Of a stretch of 64,000 bases of DNA, positions 54,895 through 64,000 are shown piece by piece. The position numbers were made by a program, and so were the translations under genes. How positions within the stretch are numbered: the first letter of the stretch is position 1; the number at the start of each line of letters is the position of its first letter. This stretch comes from Bugula neritina. Its lineage: Eukaryota; Animalia; Bryozoa. The stretch spans positions 11,522,722 to 11,586,721 of the forward strand of contig OZ037766.1 in assembly GCA_964035545.1 (NCBI GenBank), in the 5' to 3' direction. The notes under the pieces were generated by a model, which saw only the letters and a program-made list of their open reading frames with translations, ran no database searches and was not told the origin of the DNA.

Positions 54895-55968
54895 TTAACT
54901 GCGGGCCGCACGCTTCATGCGTTTAATAGACTCCTGTAAGTATTTGAGTTCACTGGATGCTGCCTGTACCCGTGGGGCCAGCCTGTACACTTCTTGCTCC
55001 AAGTCATGCGCCCTAGCTTCTACCTCACGTAGGTTACGGGCCCAGGGGGACGAGCGAGAGGAAGTTGGCTGCCTGTGTCTTTTCCGCTCTGAGGATGGAA
55101 GGGGAGGAGGGAGTGTATACGCATTGGTGTCTACTCTCTGTAGTACGACACGAGGAAAGGTATGCGGCATGCGTATAGGACTGTGAGGTGGAGAGTTAGT
55201 AGACTGTGTAGGTTTATCTGCGGCTTTAGAGATGATGGGTCGCGGGGAAGGGAAGCCTTGCTCCAGGCGAGATAGCCGAGCTGAGTCAGTGATGAGTGGT
55301 TTGATGGCGTTGAGAAAGGCAGGATAGGATGATTCGTCTACTTCATAGACATGCCCTTGATAACACTGCATAGTACGTTGGTGCCGCAACAGGTAATCAC
55401 GATTGTAGCTATATTCTCCGCAAGGGCAGAAAGTGGTGATGTAGTGTTGCGGCAAGTGTACTTTTAATCTGCGGTGGGTCGTGGATCGCTGCTGGCAGAG
55501 GTTGCATTCACGATTACCCTCACCTCCTTGATGGGTCCTGATCTCTCTCTCTGTGGCAGGGGTAATCCAGTTGGAGGTTGCTTCCAACTGGGGTGGCAGT
55601 TTCCTGGTGGTAGAAGTTGTTGGGGCCGGCTCTGAGTCCCACGCCATCTCTAGAGAAGGCATGCCCGGAGAGACGGGCGCGAGTGTGTCTACAAAAGTAG
55701 AATTAGTGTTAGATCGCGATGGATCTTTACAACCTAATTCTAGTGACTGTCGACCGTTGCTGGCCTGAGAGTCACTGCTTTTGGAATGCACTCGAGGAAC
55801 TGATGAATCATGTGTGGACTGACCAAGAACAGTGTCTAGCTCCAGGTCTAACAGACCATCGGCCATTACAGTGTCTTCATCGTCATTCACATGAAACGTG
55901 GTTCCCAGTAATTCTGATTCAATCTGCTGAATTAGTTTAGAATCTACTGGCATCGAGCCCGTTTCCAT
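54895..55968 (-). CDS. Retrotransposon ORF3: 357-aa zinc-finger plus coiled-coil protein, not Env
   Basis: C-x2-C-x12-H-x3-H (55506-55444), C-x1-C-x12-H-x5-C (55428-55363), PRVVL (55155-55141), RKRHR, and a C-terminal heptad repeat. No signal peptide or TM segment is visible. Confidence 0.85.
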   Translation of the reverse strand: METGSMPVDSKLIQQIESELLGTTFHVNDDEDTVMADGLLDLELDTVLGQSTHDSSVPRVHSKSSDSQASNGRQSLELGCKDPSRSNTNSTFVDTLAPVSPGMPSLEMAWDSEPAPTTSTTRKLPPQLEATSNWITPATEREIRTHQGGEGNRECNLCQQRSTTHRRLKVHLPQHYITTFCPCGEYSYNRDYLLRHQRTMQCYQGHVYEVDESSYPAFLNAIKPLITDSARLSRLEQGFPSPRPIISKAADKPTQSTNSPPHSPIRMPHTFPRVVLQRVDTNAYTLPPPLPSSERKRHRQPTSSRSSPWARNLREVEARAHDLEQEVYRLAPRVQAASSELKYLQESIKRMKRAARS

Positions 55969-55985
55969 GAATAGGAATACAAGAC

Positions 55986-58900
55986 TTATACTGGCTTACC
56001 TGGGAACTCGGTATTAATGTCCATACTCAACGTTCTTGGTAAGGTTGGAGCTGGTTGTGAGATACGTCTGCCTTTGGCGATGTCAGCATAAGAAAAGGCT
56101 GAGCATCGTTTCTGAGGCACGAGGTCGGAACTATTTGCTTTACGCGCATTAATTCCTCCCACTATTCCGCCCTCGCAAAAGTTGATATTTGCGTGGGGTT
56201 CACAACTCCAACATTTTATCGTACGGTTTTCCCCTAGACTTTCATGTGCGCCGCTTCTAATGCAGTCACATATGAAGTCTTTCAAATACGGTGGGGGCTT
56301 CCTCGTACGCTGTCCCCTCTCTAGGAGGGGTGACACACTTGCCGGTTCGTTAGTAGGGGCCTCTAATGGCGTCTCTACTTCACCGTTAGTGGTCACCTCT
56401 TCTTGTTCTCCGGATGGAGCCCCTCCCTTCGTGGGGGTTTGCACTTCCGGAACCGGCTCGGTTTCTGGAAGTGATGGAATTAGACTTGGCGGTGGCGGAC
56501 ACGCTTCTGTTGACAAAAGCTGCCGCTCCTCTCTCACCAAGTTTTCCTCCCGCGGTATGACCACTTCGTATTCAGGTCCATGCCGCCGTCGCCCGCGCGT
56601 CGTTGTCTGCCTCCTGGGCTCTAACAACGGGGGGGCTTCTCCCACTCCGTCGGGGCTAGCCCAATACGGTTTCAAGCGAGACTCATTCTGGATAGACACC
56701 TGTCCTGAGCGCTCAATCTTGTACGTATGATTGGGCATAGCCTCGACGACCACGTAGGGGCCTACGAACTTAGGCTTCAGCTTATCAGCCTGTCCGCGGC
56801 GCCTACGGTAATTGACCATCCACACCTTATCTCCTCTTTGATAGAGGGGTGGTTCATCGGAATCTTCGTGCCGCACCTTCCACTGCTGTTGACGCAGTAT
56901 CTCGTGTGCGGCCTTCATCCGTTCCACTAGTTCACTGGCATACTCATGGACTGAGTTATCCTGCTCTGGAACGTGATAGGTGAGATGGTCAGGGACACGA
57001 GTCTCTCTCCCGAGCATCAAGAGGTTTGGGGTCTCACCAGTACTGGTGTGTGGGGTGCTACGGTATGCACGCATGACTTGCGGCAACACCGTATCCCATT
57101 CCTCTTGACCTCGTCCAAGGAGGAGACTCCGGAGCGCATCACCTAGCATCCGGTTGTTGCGCTCCACCACCCCGTTACCTTGAGGGTGGTAGGGGGTGGT
57201 CCTACTCTGATTTACTCCCCAGAGGTGGCAAAGGTCGCTCATCAGTTGAGACTGGAATTGAGCGCCTTGATCAGAGTGTATCTGTTCGGGAAGCCCAAAA
57301 TAACAGAATACATGTTGGTCTAGTGCCCTGGCCACTGTTGGGGCTGATGCATCTGGGATAGCCAGAGCATCCGCCCACCTAGTAAAGTGGTCGGTTAGTA
57401 CTAGGATCCAATTATTGCCTCTGGGGGTCAGGGGCATGGGTCCGACCAGGTCTACAGCGACCACTTGCCAGGGCCTACCAGCATATAGCCTCCGCCGTCC
57501 TGCTTCACCAGGGGGGCGGCTATGCTTACTGGCCTGGCAGATCTCACACTGTTTGACTCTGAGCCGGACGTCACGCTCCATCTGCGGCCAATACCACCGG
57601 AGTCGTAATTTGGATATCACTCGCTTGACCCCTGCGTGAGCCTGCTTGTGAGTATCCCAAATCAACTTTAGGCGGATGGCTGTGGGGCAGACTACCCTCT
57701 TCCTTTCCGGGTGTCTGCCGCTGGCAGCTAGAGAGATGGTTAGCAACCCATCCTGCCCGATCCGCAGCGAGTCCCAACGCTGACAGTATAGCCGGAACTC
57801 GGCGCATCCCTGTCGTATGCGTTCCTCGCTGGGTCGTCGCCCTTCCCTTTTGGCCCGGTAGATGTCTGCCACGACTCCCGGCAGCTCTTCTTGGAGCTTC
57901 TTCAGCTCTCGAACATTACCGGCCAGTACAGGGTTGGCGCGGAGGTTTTGTACATCCTCCGGGGACTCATCAACTCTTTGCCTGAGTTGACCTTGATCCC
58001 AGTTAAACGGTGCTCCGTGATGAGCCAGCGTCTCCAACTCGCATCGTGGGGGACCTCCATCCCTCCTCTCGATGTTGAGACACTGTTTACAACCTCCGTC
58101 AGGTCGGCGACTCAACCCATCTGCATTGCTGTGTCTCTTGCCCGGTCGGTGTTCGATCCGGTACGAGAATTCAGCTAGGATTTCGAGCCACCGGGCGACC
58201 TGACTGGAGGGCTCTGCTCTCCTGCACAACCAGATCAGCGAGGCATGATCCGTACGCAGCCGGAACTTCCTGCCATATAGGTATGGTCTGAAGTGCTTCA
58301 CTGACTTGATTACTGCCAGCAGCTCCTTGCGGGTAGTGCAGTAATTTCGTTCAGCGGGAGAGAGAGACTTGCTGTAGTAGGCTACTACTACTTCTCGGCC
58401 GTCCTGCACTTGCGACAGCACAGCGCCAACATTCTGGTCACTGGCGTCTGTGTCTAGGATGTACTCCAGAGTGGGGTCTGGGTAGGCCAAGATGGGCGCC
58501 GTTAGGAGGCAGCCCTTGAGGCGGTCGAACGCTTCTTGTTCGACTGGAGTCCACTGCCACGTCACTCCCTTTGCGGTAAGCCGGTTTAGCGGCTGGGCTA
58601 TGCCCGCAAAGTCTGGTATGTATTGCCTATAATACCCTACCAGCCCCAAGAAAGCCCGGAGTCCGGTCAAGTCTTGGGGGGTGACCCAGTCTTCTACTGC
58701 CCGTACCTTTTCGGGATCCGTTGCCACGCCGTTTCGACCGACAACGTGCCCCAGGTACTTGACCTCCGGCTGCAATAGAGCGCACTTGGAAGGTTTGAGC
58801 TTAAGACCGGCACCTCGGAGTCTCTCGAAAACCTCCTGCAGACGACTGACATGTGTCTCGAAGTCTGGAGAGATTACGATGACATCATCGAGGTAGACCA

Positions 58901-60612
58901 GCAGTGTCTTCCAATGGAGTCCGCTAAGGACTTGTTCCATCAGCCTCTGGAAGGTGGCTGGGGCGGAGGTTAACCCGAAGGGCAGCACCTTCCACTTCCA
59001 CAAACCGTCCCGTGTGATAAACGCCGCTTTCTCCTGGGCGTCGGGACTCAGAGGAACCTGCCAATAGCCGCTTAGCAAGTCTAACGTACTGAAGTACTTG
59101 CTGCCGGCTAGGGCGTCCAATGACTCGTCAATACGAGGTAGAGGGTAGGCGTCCTGTATGGTTACGCTATTGAGTTTGCGGTAGTCCACACAGAACCGCC
59201 AACTGCCGTCTTTCTTCCGGACCAGTACGACTGGCGAGCTCCACGCACTATGGGCGGGCTCTATCAGTCCCCGGTCCAGAAGATCCCGTACTTGTCGGCT
59301 AACCTCCTTCTCTTTCTCCGGCCCCAGCCTGCGCGTGGGCTGCCGGACAGGGACTGTCCCTGCAGTCAGCGGTATTTCGTGTCTGACAATTCCAGTCAGT
59401 CCCACGTCATTCTCCCCGCTGCTGAACACATCACCGTAGTCGCGTAGTAACTTGGCCATAGCTTGGCGTTCTCTGTTACTCGCGCAGCCGCCACTGGCTG
59501 TTTCGTATAACTCCCGGAGATGTGTCGGGACTGCCCCTCGTCCCTGAATAGGGTGTCGAGGGGGTGCCTCCGTCGCGTCACCCAGCGACGGGCCCACGTC
59601 CTCTTCCTGGACGGAATGGAACCGGCCCAGCATTGACCCAGCTGGGAGCTCAATGGGCTCGGTAAAGGGGTTGACGCACTGCACTAAGACCTCCCCTCGC
59701 TCAGTTAGTCGGTTTAGACTACTGGCGAGTTGGATCTTTTCGTGCGCGCTTTCAACGACCCCGAGCCTGGCTATCCGGTTGCTGTTCACTCGGCAGTGGA
59801 TAGTAGCTCTGGAGCGTCCGGGTACGGTGCAGTTCCGAACTACCTGAACACCGCCCACCAGAGGACGCCCAAACTTATCCACACAGGCGAGTTCTCGCCC
59901 GCCCATCAGCACCACCGACTTACTAAAATCTATTCGGCACTGGTGTTGCTTCAAGAAGGGCATGCCGAGGATAGCATCTTCCTCCAGTTGACCTATGATA
60001 AAGGTCTCCTGTACAGCCTGATCTCGGACACGCCCAGGGAGCTCGATAATACCATAAAAGGGGATACATGACCCGTCTGCCAGGGTGCCATGTTCTCCAG
60101 TATACGGTCGTACTCTATCCCTGTCCCGGCGGGGCAGTGCCTCAAAGACTCTACGGCTGAGAAGGTTGGTAGTACAACCGGAGTCGAGCAGGAAAGTGAC
60201 GGCGTTGCCGGCCACCTTTCCGGGTAGGAAATAGCTCTCTCCATGTGGTTGTACTTTCACCCCCCCCCGCATGTGCTGTCCTGGTTTGACAGGACGGCGG
60301 GGGTTCCACCCGTGGTTTACGGGGCTTCCGGCGGCGAGGTTGGTGCCGGCGGGGTTTGGGCCTCTCCACTGGGCCTTCTGGCTCCATTTCGGTGGCGGGC
60401 TCCTCCTCCCGAGGTAACCGGTGAAACCGGTTAGCGAGTGGCAGGGAAAAGGTACTAGGCCGTTGTGCGGGCCTACTAGTCCTGCGTGGTACCTGCCACT
60501 CGGGTAGAATGTTCCGCCGGGTCCGTACGGGCAGACGACGGCGTGTTCCACCATACTCCTTTAGTTGCGGCCCGCGGGGAGGGAGAGTGTCCGCGGGCCG
60601 TGACAGTTTAAC
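55986..60612 (-). CDS. pol: Pol polyprotein (protease, RT, RNase H, integrase), entered by -1 frameshift at 60612-60606, with an apparent extra base in the G9 run at 60268-60260
   Basis: LLDSG (PR); LPFGL and YLDD (RT); DTDAS/KELLA/RTDH/NADGLSR (RH); H-x3-H...CEIC, VDLVGP, SDQG, VVER (INT); GPY motif; no chromodomain. The ORF track start at 60554 is probably in the wrong frame upstream of 60260. Confidence 0.93.
60556..60612 (-). promoter_or_regulatory. -1 programmed ribosomal frameshift signal
   Basis: G_TTA_AAC in the gag phase, a 5-nt spacer, a perfect 10-bp stem (CGGCCCGCGG/CCGCGGGCCG) with a 13-nt loop, and a -1 frame that is open to 60151. Confidence 0.8.
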
Positions 60613-61427
60613 GTCCCCTGGTATTGGGGTCGTCCTTTCTGTCCCTGGTCCTGATCAGCGCTACTCCAGCCTTGCCCCACAGGTGTTGGGGGCATCCGCA
60701 AGGCCTGACCGGGGCCAGCACCGGCCAGAATGGTCACCAATTGTCCCAGCATCTCTACCATACGGTCCACTTCGGCTTCCAGCGGGAGGGCTTCGCAGCC
60801 TGTCGTAGCCCGAGCAGCGCTGACTCCAACTACTGGTGGGTTCCGTTGTGCTCGATGCATTTGGGTAGCCAACAGGTAAGCTTCTCCAGCCTTCAGGGCA
60901 TCCTCTATTCTGGTTATCCCTTTAGCTCGTAGGTGATGGTCTAGGCCCAGGTCGTTTAGGGACTGGACAAAGGCGTCATAGGTGTAACGCTCTTGGTGTT
61001 GTGCTGGCAGATCGCTATATGCAATCTGCGCCAGCTTCTTCACCGTCGCGGCATGTTCTTGTAGCGAGGTCCGCGGGGTGCGGCACAATCTCTCCAGCTT
61101 GGTCCTGGCGTCTATGACGGAGGTGCCAAAACGGGCCCGCAGCGCAGCCAGTATGCCGTCTACGTCCGTTCCCACTCCGTACGGCTTGGCTTGCTCCGTC
61201 ACCGCCCTCCGCAATTTGATAAGGGCCACTCTATGCGGCCATTGAGCGACTTCCATTACCTCTCTAAATTCTTGTATAAATTGTTCGACATCTTCCGACC
61301 CAGTAAAGGTGGGAGCTTTCAAGCAATGTCTATAAGCTTCTTCTCCTTCACGATTCACAGGATTAACAGCATTTCTACGCTCACCTTCTACTGGGGGTGG
61401 TTGCATTCTAGCATTTTCAGTCTCCAT
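60561..61427 (-). CDS. gag: Gag (288 aa) with a degenerate nucleocapsid knuckle
   Basis: First ORF after the PBS. Capsid-like motifs KAPTFTGSEDVEQFI, LRARFG, SLQEHA and AFVQSL. Confidence 0.9.
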   Translation of the reverse strand: METENARMQPPPVEGERRNAVNPVNREGEEAYRHCLKAPTFTGSEDVEQFIQEFREVMEVAQWPHRVALIKLRRAVTEQAKPYGVGTDVDGILAALRARFGTSVIDARTKLERLCRTPRTSLQEHAATVKKLAQIAYSDLPAQHQERYTYDAFVQSLNDLGLDHHLRAKGITRIEDALKAGEAYLLATQMHRAQRNPPVVGVSAARATTGCEALPLEAEVDRMVEMLGQLVTILAGAGPGQALRMPPTPVGQGWSSADQDQGQKGRPQYQGTLNCHGPRTLSLPAGRN

Positions 61428-61441
61428 CTTTGATATACACT

Positions 61442-61459
61442 ATCCCACCGCTGCCACCA
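61442..61459 (-). other. Primer-binding site complementary to the 3' end of tRNA-Leu
   Basis: TGGTGGCAGCGGTGGGAT, 1 nt inside the 5' LTR boundary. It complements ATCCCACCGCTGCCACCA, the 3' end of animal tRNA-Leu (AAG type) as recalled. Confidence 0.85.
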
Positions 61460-61460
61460 C

Positions 61461-61765
61461 TGTTATAGTTTTCTGATTTAGGGTTGATGTGTCACTAAGA
61501 GAGTCTATTTAACACTAGAGAAACTTCACCAGTTAAGTCGAGTAGATATCGTTATATTTAATACAAGAATACATAATAAAAATCCAATGTACAACAGTAA
61601 TGATACGCACGTCTATTTAGTTTACAGCACTATCCTCAACTGAACTAGTAGCGCGAAGCGGCTACTATTACTTATAAAACAGCCTAGCTAATTGGCTAAT
61701 ACATTGTTCCGGGTCAATACGCAACCTTGCGTATTGTGTTGCTGGTAGCTCCACGAGCCACCACA
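61461..61765 (-). repeat. 5' LTR (TG...CA)
   Basis: Starts TGTGG and ends TAACA on the minus strand. Confidence 0.95.
61638..61697 (-). promoter_or_regulatory. LTR core promoter: CCAAT box, TATA-like TTTATAAG, initiator TCAGTT; ATTAAA poly(A) signal further downstream (61562-61557)
   Basis: The motifs occur in canonical order, with about 30 nt between the TATA-like box and the initiator. They are identical in the 3' LTR. Confidence 0.55.
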
Positions 61766-62997
61766 ATACTGATCATCATAATCACAGTAAATATGATAAT
61801 GGCTGGCTCAATTCAAACTTAAATCAATACTCTAAACAATTATGAAAATACTGAATCCTACTATGATCAAGTTTAACCATAGCAGACTGCAAATACTACT
61901 ACTATTAGTATTAATTTTTCAAAATTATTCAAAAAAATACTCTATTGATCACTGATAGTGACATACCTAGTTTTTTCTCAGTCTTTATAACTTTTATACT
62001 TAGTATTAAGAATATTACTAGTATTAGTATTAGTTTCCACTTAAATAGTTACAAGTTTTTCTATACTTTGTAAGGTTGTAACTAGTTAGCAAAATACTCA
62101 ACTGTAAGTGACTGCTAACATTTACTGCAATTTGGATGAGATTACATTTATTATTGAAATATAAAAACGGTGAAACTGCTAATATTGGTTGAGCTCAGGC
62201 TTCTAGTTGTTGAATTAGATTTAAAGGATTGCTCTATCTTGTCTAATAAATGGCCATTTAGGTCAAACACACATAATATTGTGTTAAATAAGCATGCATT
62301 GACAAAAAGCATTTGACCAAAGGTAGAAAAAGTTAGTTGAAGTTGAGGGTGTAGATTGGTAACAGCCAAAACGCCGATTTTGAAATGAGCTGGGAAATGT
62401 GACGTAACAGCGCCAGCATTCCTGCTGGTCACGTGACTATACAAATGAATAACTATAGAAATATGACTGTGAGATGTGATCTTTCAGCTCGTAATTTGTA
62501 TATTTATAGAAGTGCAAATGTGAATTATCTCAATCTATATAGTTTTTTGACATTTTAAATAACATGTATGTGATAACATTAGGCCATATTTTGCTTGTAA
62601 AGCATTGCAAAAACATGCATTCTTTAGGATGAATGCCTGCGATCGATCTAAACTAGGTCAGATTGTGCAATGTTACGGGCACACCAAAGCTGACCTATAT
62701 AGCGCACTGTAACTGCTTGAGCGTTATTGGTTGATGTTGTGCTCAGCAACCTTGAATACTAGCGTTATAGTTAGCACGTGCAGCATAGTTACTGGCGTTC
62801 ACACGTCACGTATTAGGCTATTCTTTTTCATGGCTGAAAATTTTACCTCCCTCAAAATTGGAATTTTGAAAAGCTGTTTTCTAGGCACATATCCCTTTGC
62901 AAAGTCACAATTGTTTGCATACACATTAGATTATAGTTCATAATTATAATGTGATTGTAATAAACTAAGATTGAGCAATCCTTTAAGAGTCTGTCAT

Positions 62998-63433
62998 GCA
63001 ATAGACCCTTTTCAGGGGTCTCCAATATCTCCCTTACAATCAAGAGTTGTGTCCTCTCAAAATGAAAATTGTTGAACAAAATAAACTTGAACTCATTTTT
63101 GTGGTTTTGGTTACTGAACAATGCTGAAGTGCCACTTCAGCATTGTTCAGTAACCAAAACAACAAAAATGCTTTCAAGTTTATTTTCTTCAAAATTTTTC
63201 ATGAACAAATATTTTCAACAAATCTTTGCTGCTGATAATATATGTGTGCTTATAATAAAATATTTATCTCCTAAAAGAACAATTCTATAGCATAATTAGA
63301 ATTTTAAGTAGCAGACAAACTTTAAATTTTTAATGAGTTTGCTTTTTATACAAAGGTTCAATCTATTCACTTTGGGAGGACACAATTCTTAATTGTAAAG
63401 GTGATATTGGGACCTCTGAAAAGGGTCTATTGC
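62998..63433. mobile_element. MITE with about 75-100-bp imperfect terminal inverted repeats (GCAATAGACCCTTTTCAG...CTGAAAAGGGTCTATTGC)
   Basis: 62998-63075 is the reverse complement of about 63355-63433. Non-coding AT-rich interior; TSD not resolved. Confidence 0.8.
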
Positions 63434-64000
63434 TTTACATGGTGGGTGGATAACGTTCTTTGTTAAAACTATAGCACCTCCAGGCTACATCTACAAATTA
63501 ACATTGCAAGTTTTTTCTATAAGTTTATAATATGTAAAATCAAATAGTTGTAATATTATTTAACAATTTCAAGTCAAAAATTTGATACTATTTAGTTATG
63601 ATTATCAAACAATGGGAAGCATTCTCAAAATAATAAAAGAAAAATATTTAGTAATTTTAAAATTTACTAAATTGCTTATGATTGTATTATATTTATGTTG
63701 TGACTTTAGTATATGCACTGATATGTGAACTTGAAGTGCTTTTGGATTTCCTGGAGGCTTATAATTTATATATTTACAACAAAGCTAATTTAGCGCTGTT
63801 TAAATTTTCCTATCATTGAATAGATGTTTAAAGCAAGATTTGGTACTGAATTCAATGGCAGCTTGGTTTCTCAACAGATCGTCAATTATTTTTAGTTTAT
63901 CAACAGTTGGTTAACAGGCTTGCTGTTGGCAACAAAAAAATCATTAAAACTTAAATCTGTTTTGTCAGCTGTCTGTAGCTAAACATTATAGATTGAATAA

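Larger units (their letters stand above)
54321..61765 (-). mobile_element. Full-length Ty3/Gypsy LTR retrotransposon (7,445 bp) with gag, pol and an extra ORF3
   Basis: Two 305-bp LTRs, 4-bp TSD ATAC (54317-54320 and 61766-61769), PBS, PPT, domain order PR-RT-RH-INT, and a much higher GC content than the flanks. Confidence 0.97.

Noticed and set aside
54895-55968. ORF3 as an env gene
   Set aside because: No signal peptide, TM anchor or fusion-protein pattern; it has zinc fingers instead.
60552-60563. gag TAA followed in frame by AGG AGT ATG, suggesting stop read-through, reinitiation or a Shine-Dalgarno-like AAGGAG
   Set aside because: The -1 frameshift cassette plus one extra G at 60268-60260 explains the frames more simply. 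The host is eukaryotic, and GGAGU is more plausibly a pseudoknot strand.
56182-61433. Many short antisense and alternate-frame ORFs over gag and pol
   Set aside because: Expected shadows of GC-rich coding sequence with no motifs. The exception is 60387-60151, which is part of the -1 frame.

Overview
AT-rich, intron-rich animal (probably invertebrate) genomic DNA; no prokaryotic features. Left to right: (1) the 3' part of a WNK-like kinase gene (+, about 1.4-8.9 kb); (2) a roughly 26-kb, many-exon gene (-) encoding an acidic protein built from about 8 copies of an ~85-aa repeat; (3) a decayed tandem duplicate of the 3' part of UXS1 that now holds a MITE and an intronless, divergent SSAT/SAT-family GNAT acetyltransferase (+); (4) the intact 10-exon UXS1 gene (-); (5) a very young 7,445-bp Ty3/Gypsy LTR retrotransposon (-) with 304/305-identical LTRs, ATAC target-site duplication, tRNA-Leu PBS and PPT. 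The retrotransposon is the best candidate for an undescribed system. Its Gag zinc knuckle has lost all four metal ligands. Gag-Pol is joined by a G_UUA_AAC plus 10-bp GC stem -1 frameshift signal that the ORF track misses. In the env position it carries a non-env ORF3 (acidic N-terminus, two zinc fingers, PxVxL motif, NLS-like patch, coiled coil), which sits inside a candidate intron, while the LTR U3 holds a 22-bp palindrome. Exon models were read by eye and no database searches were run.
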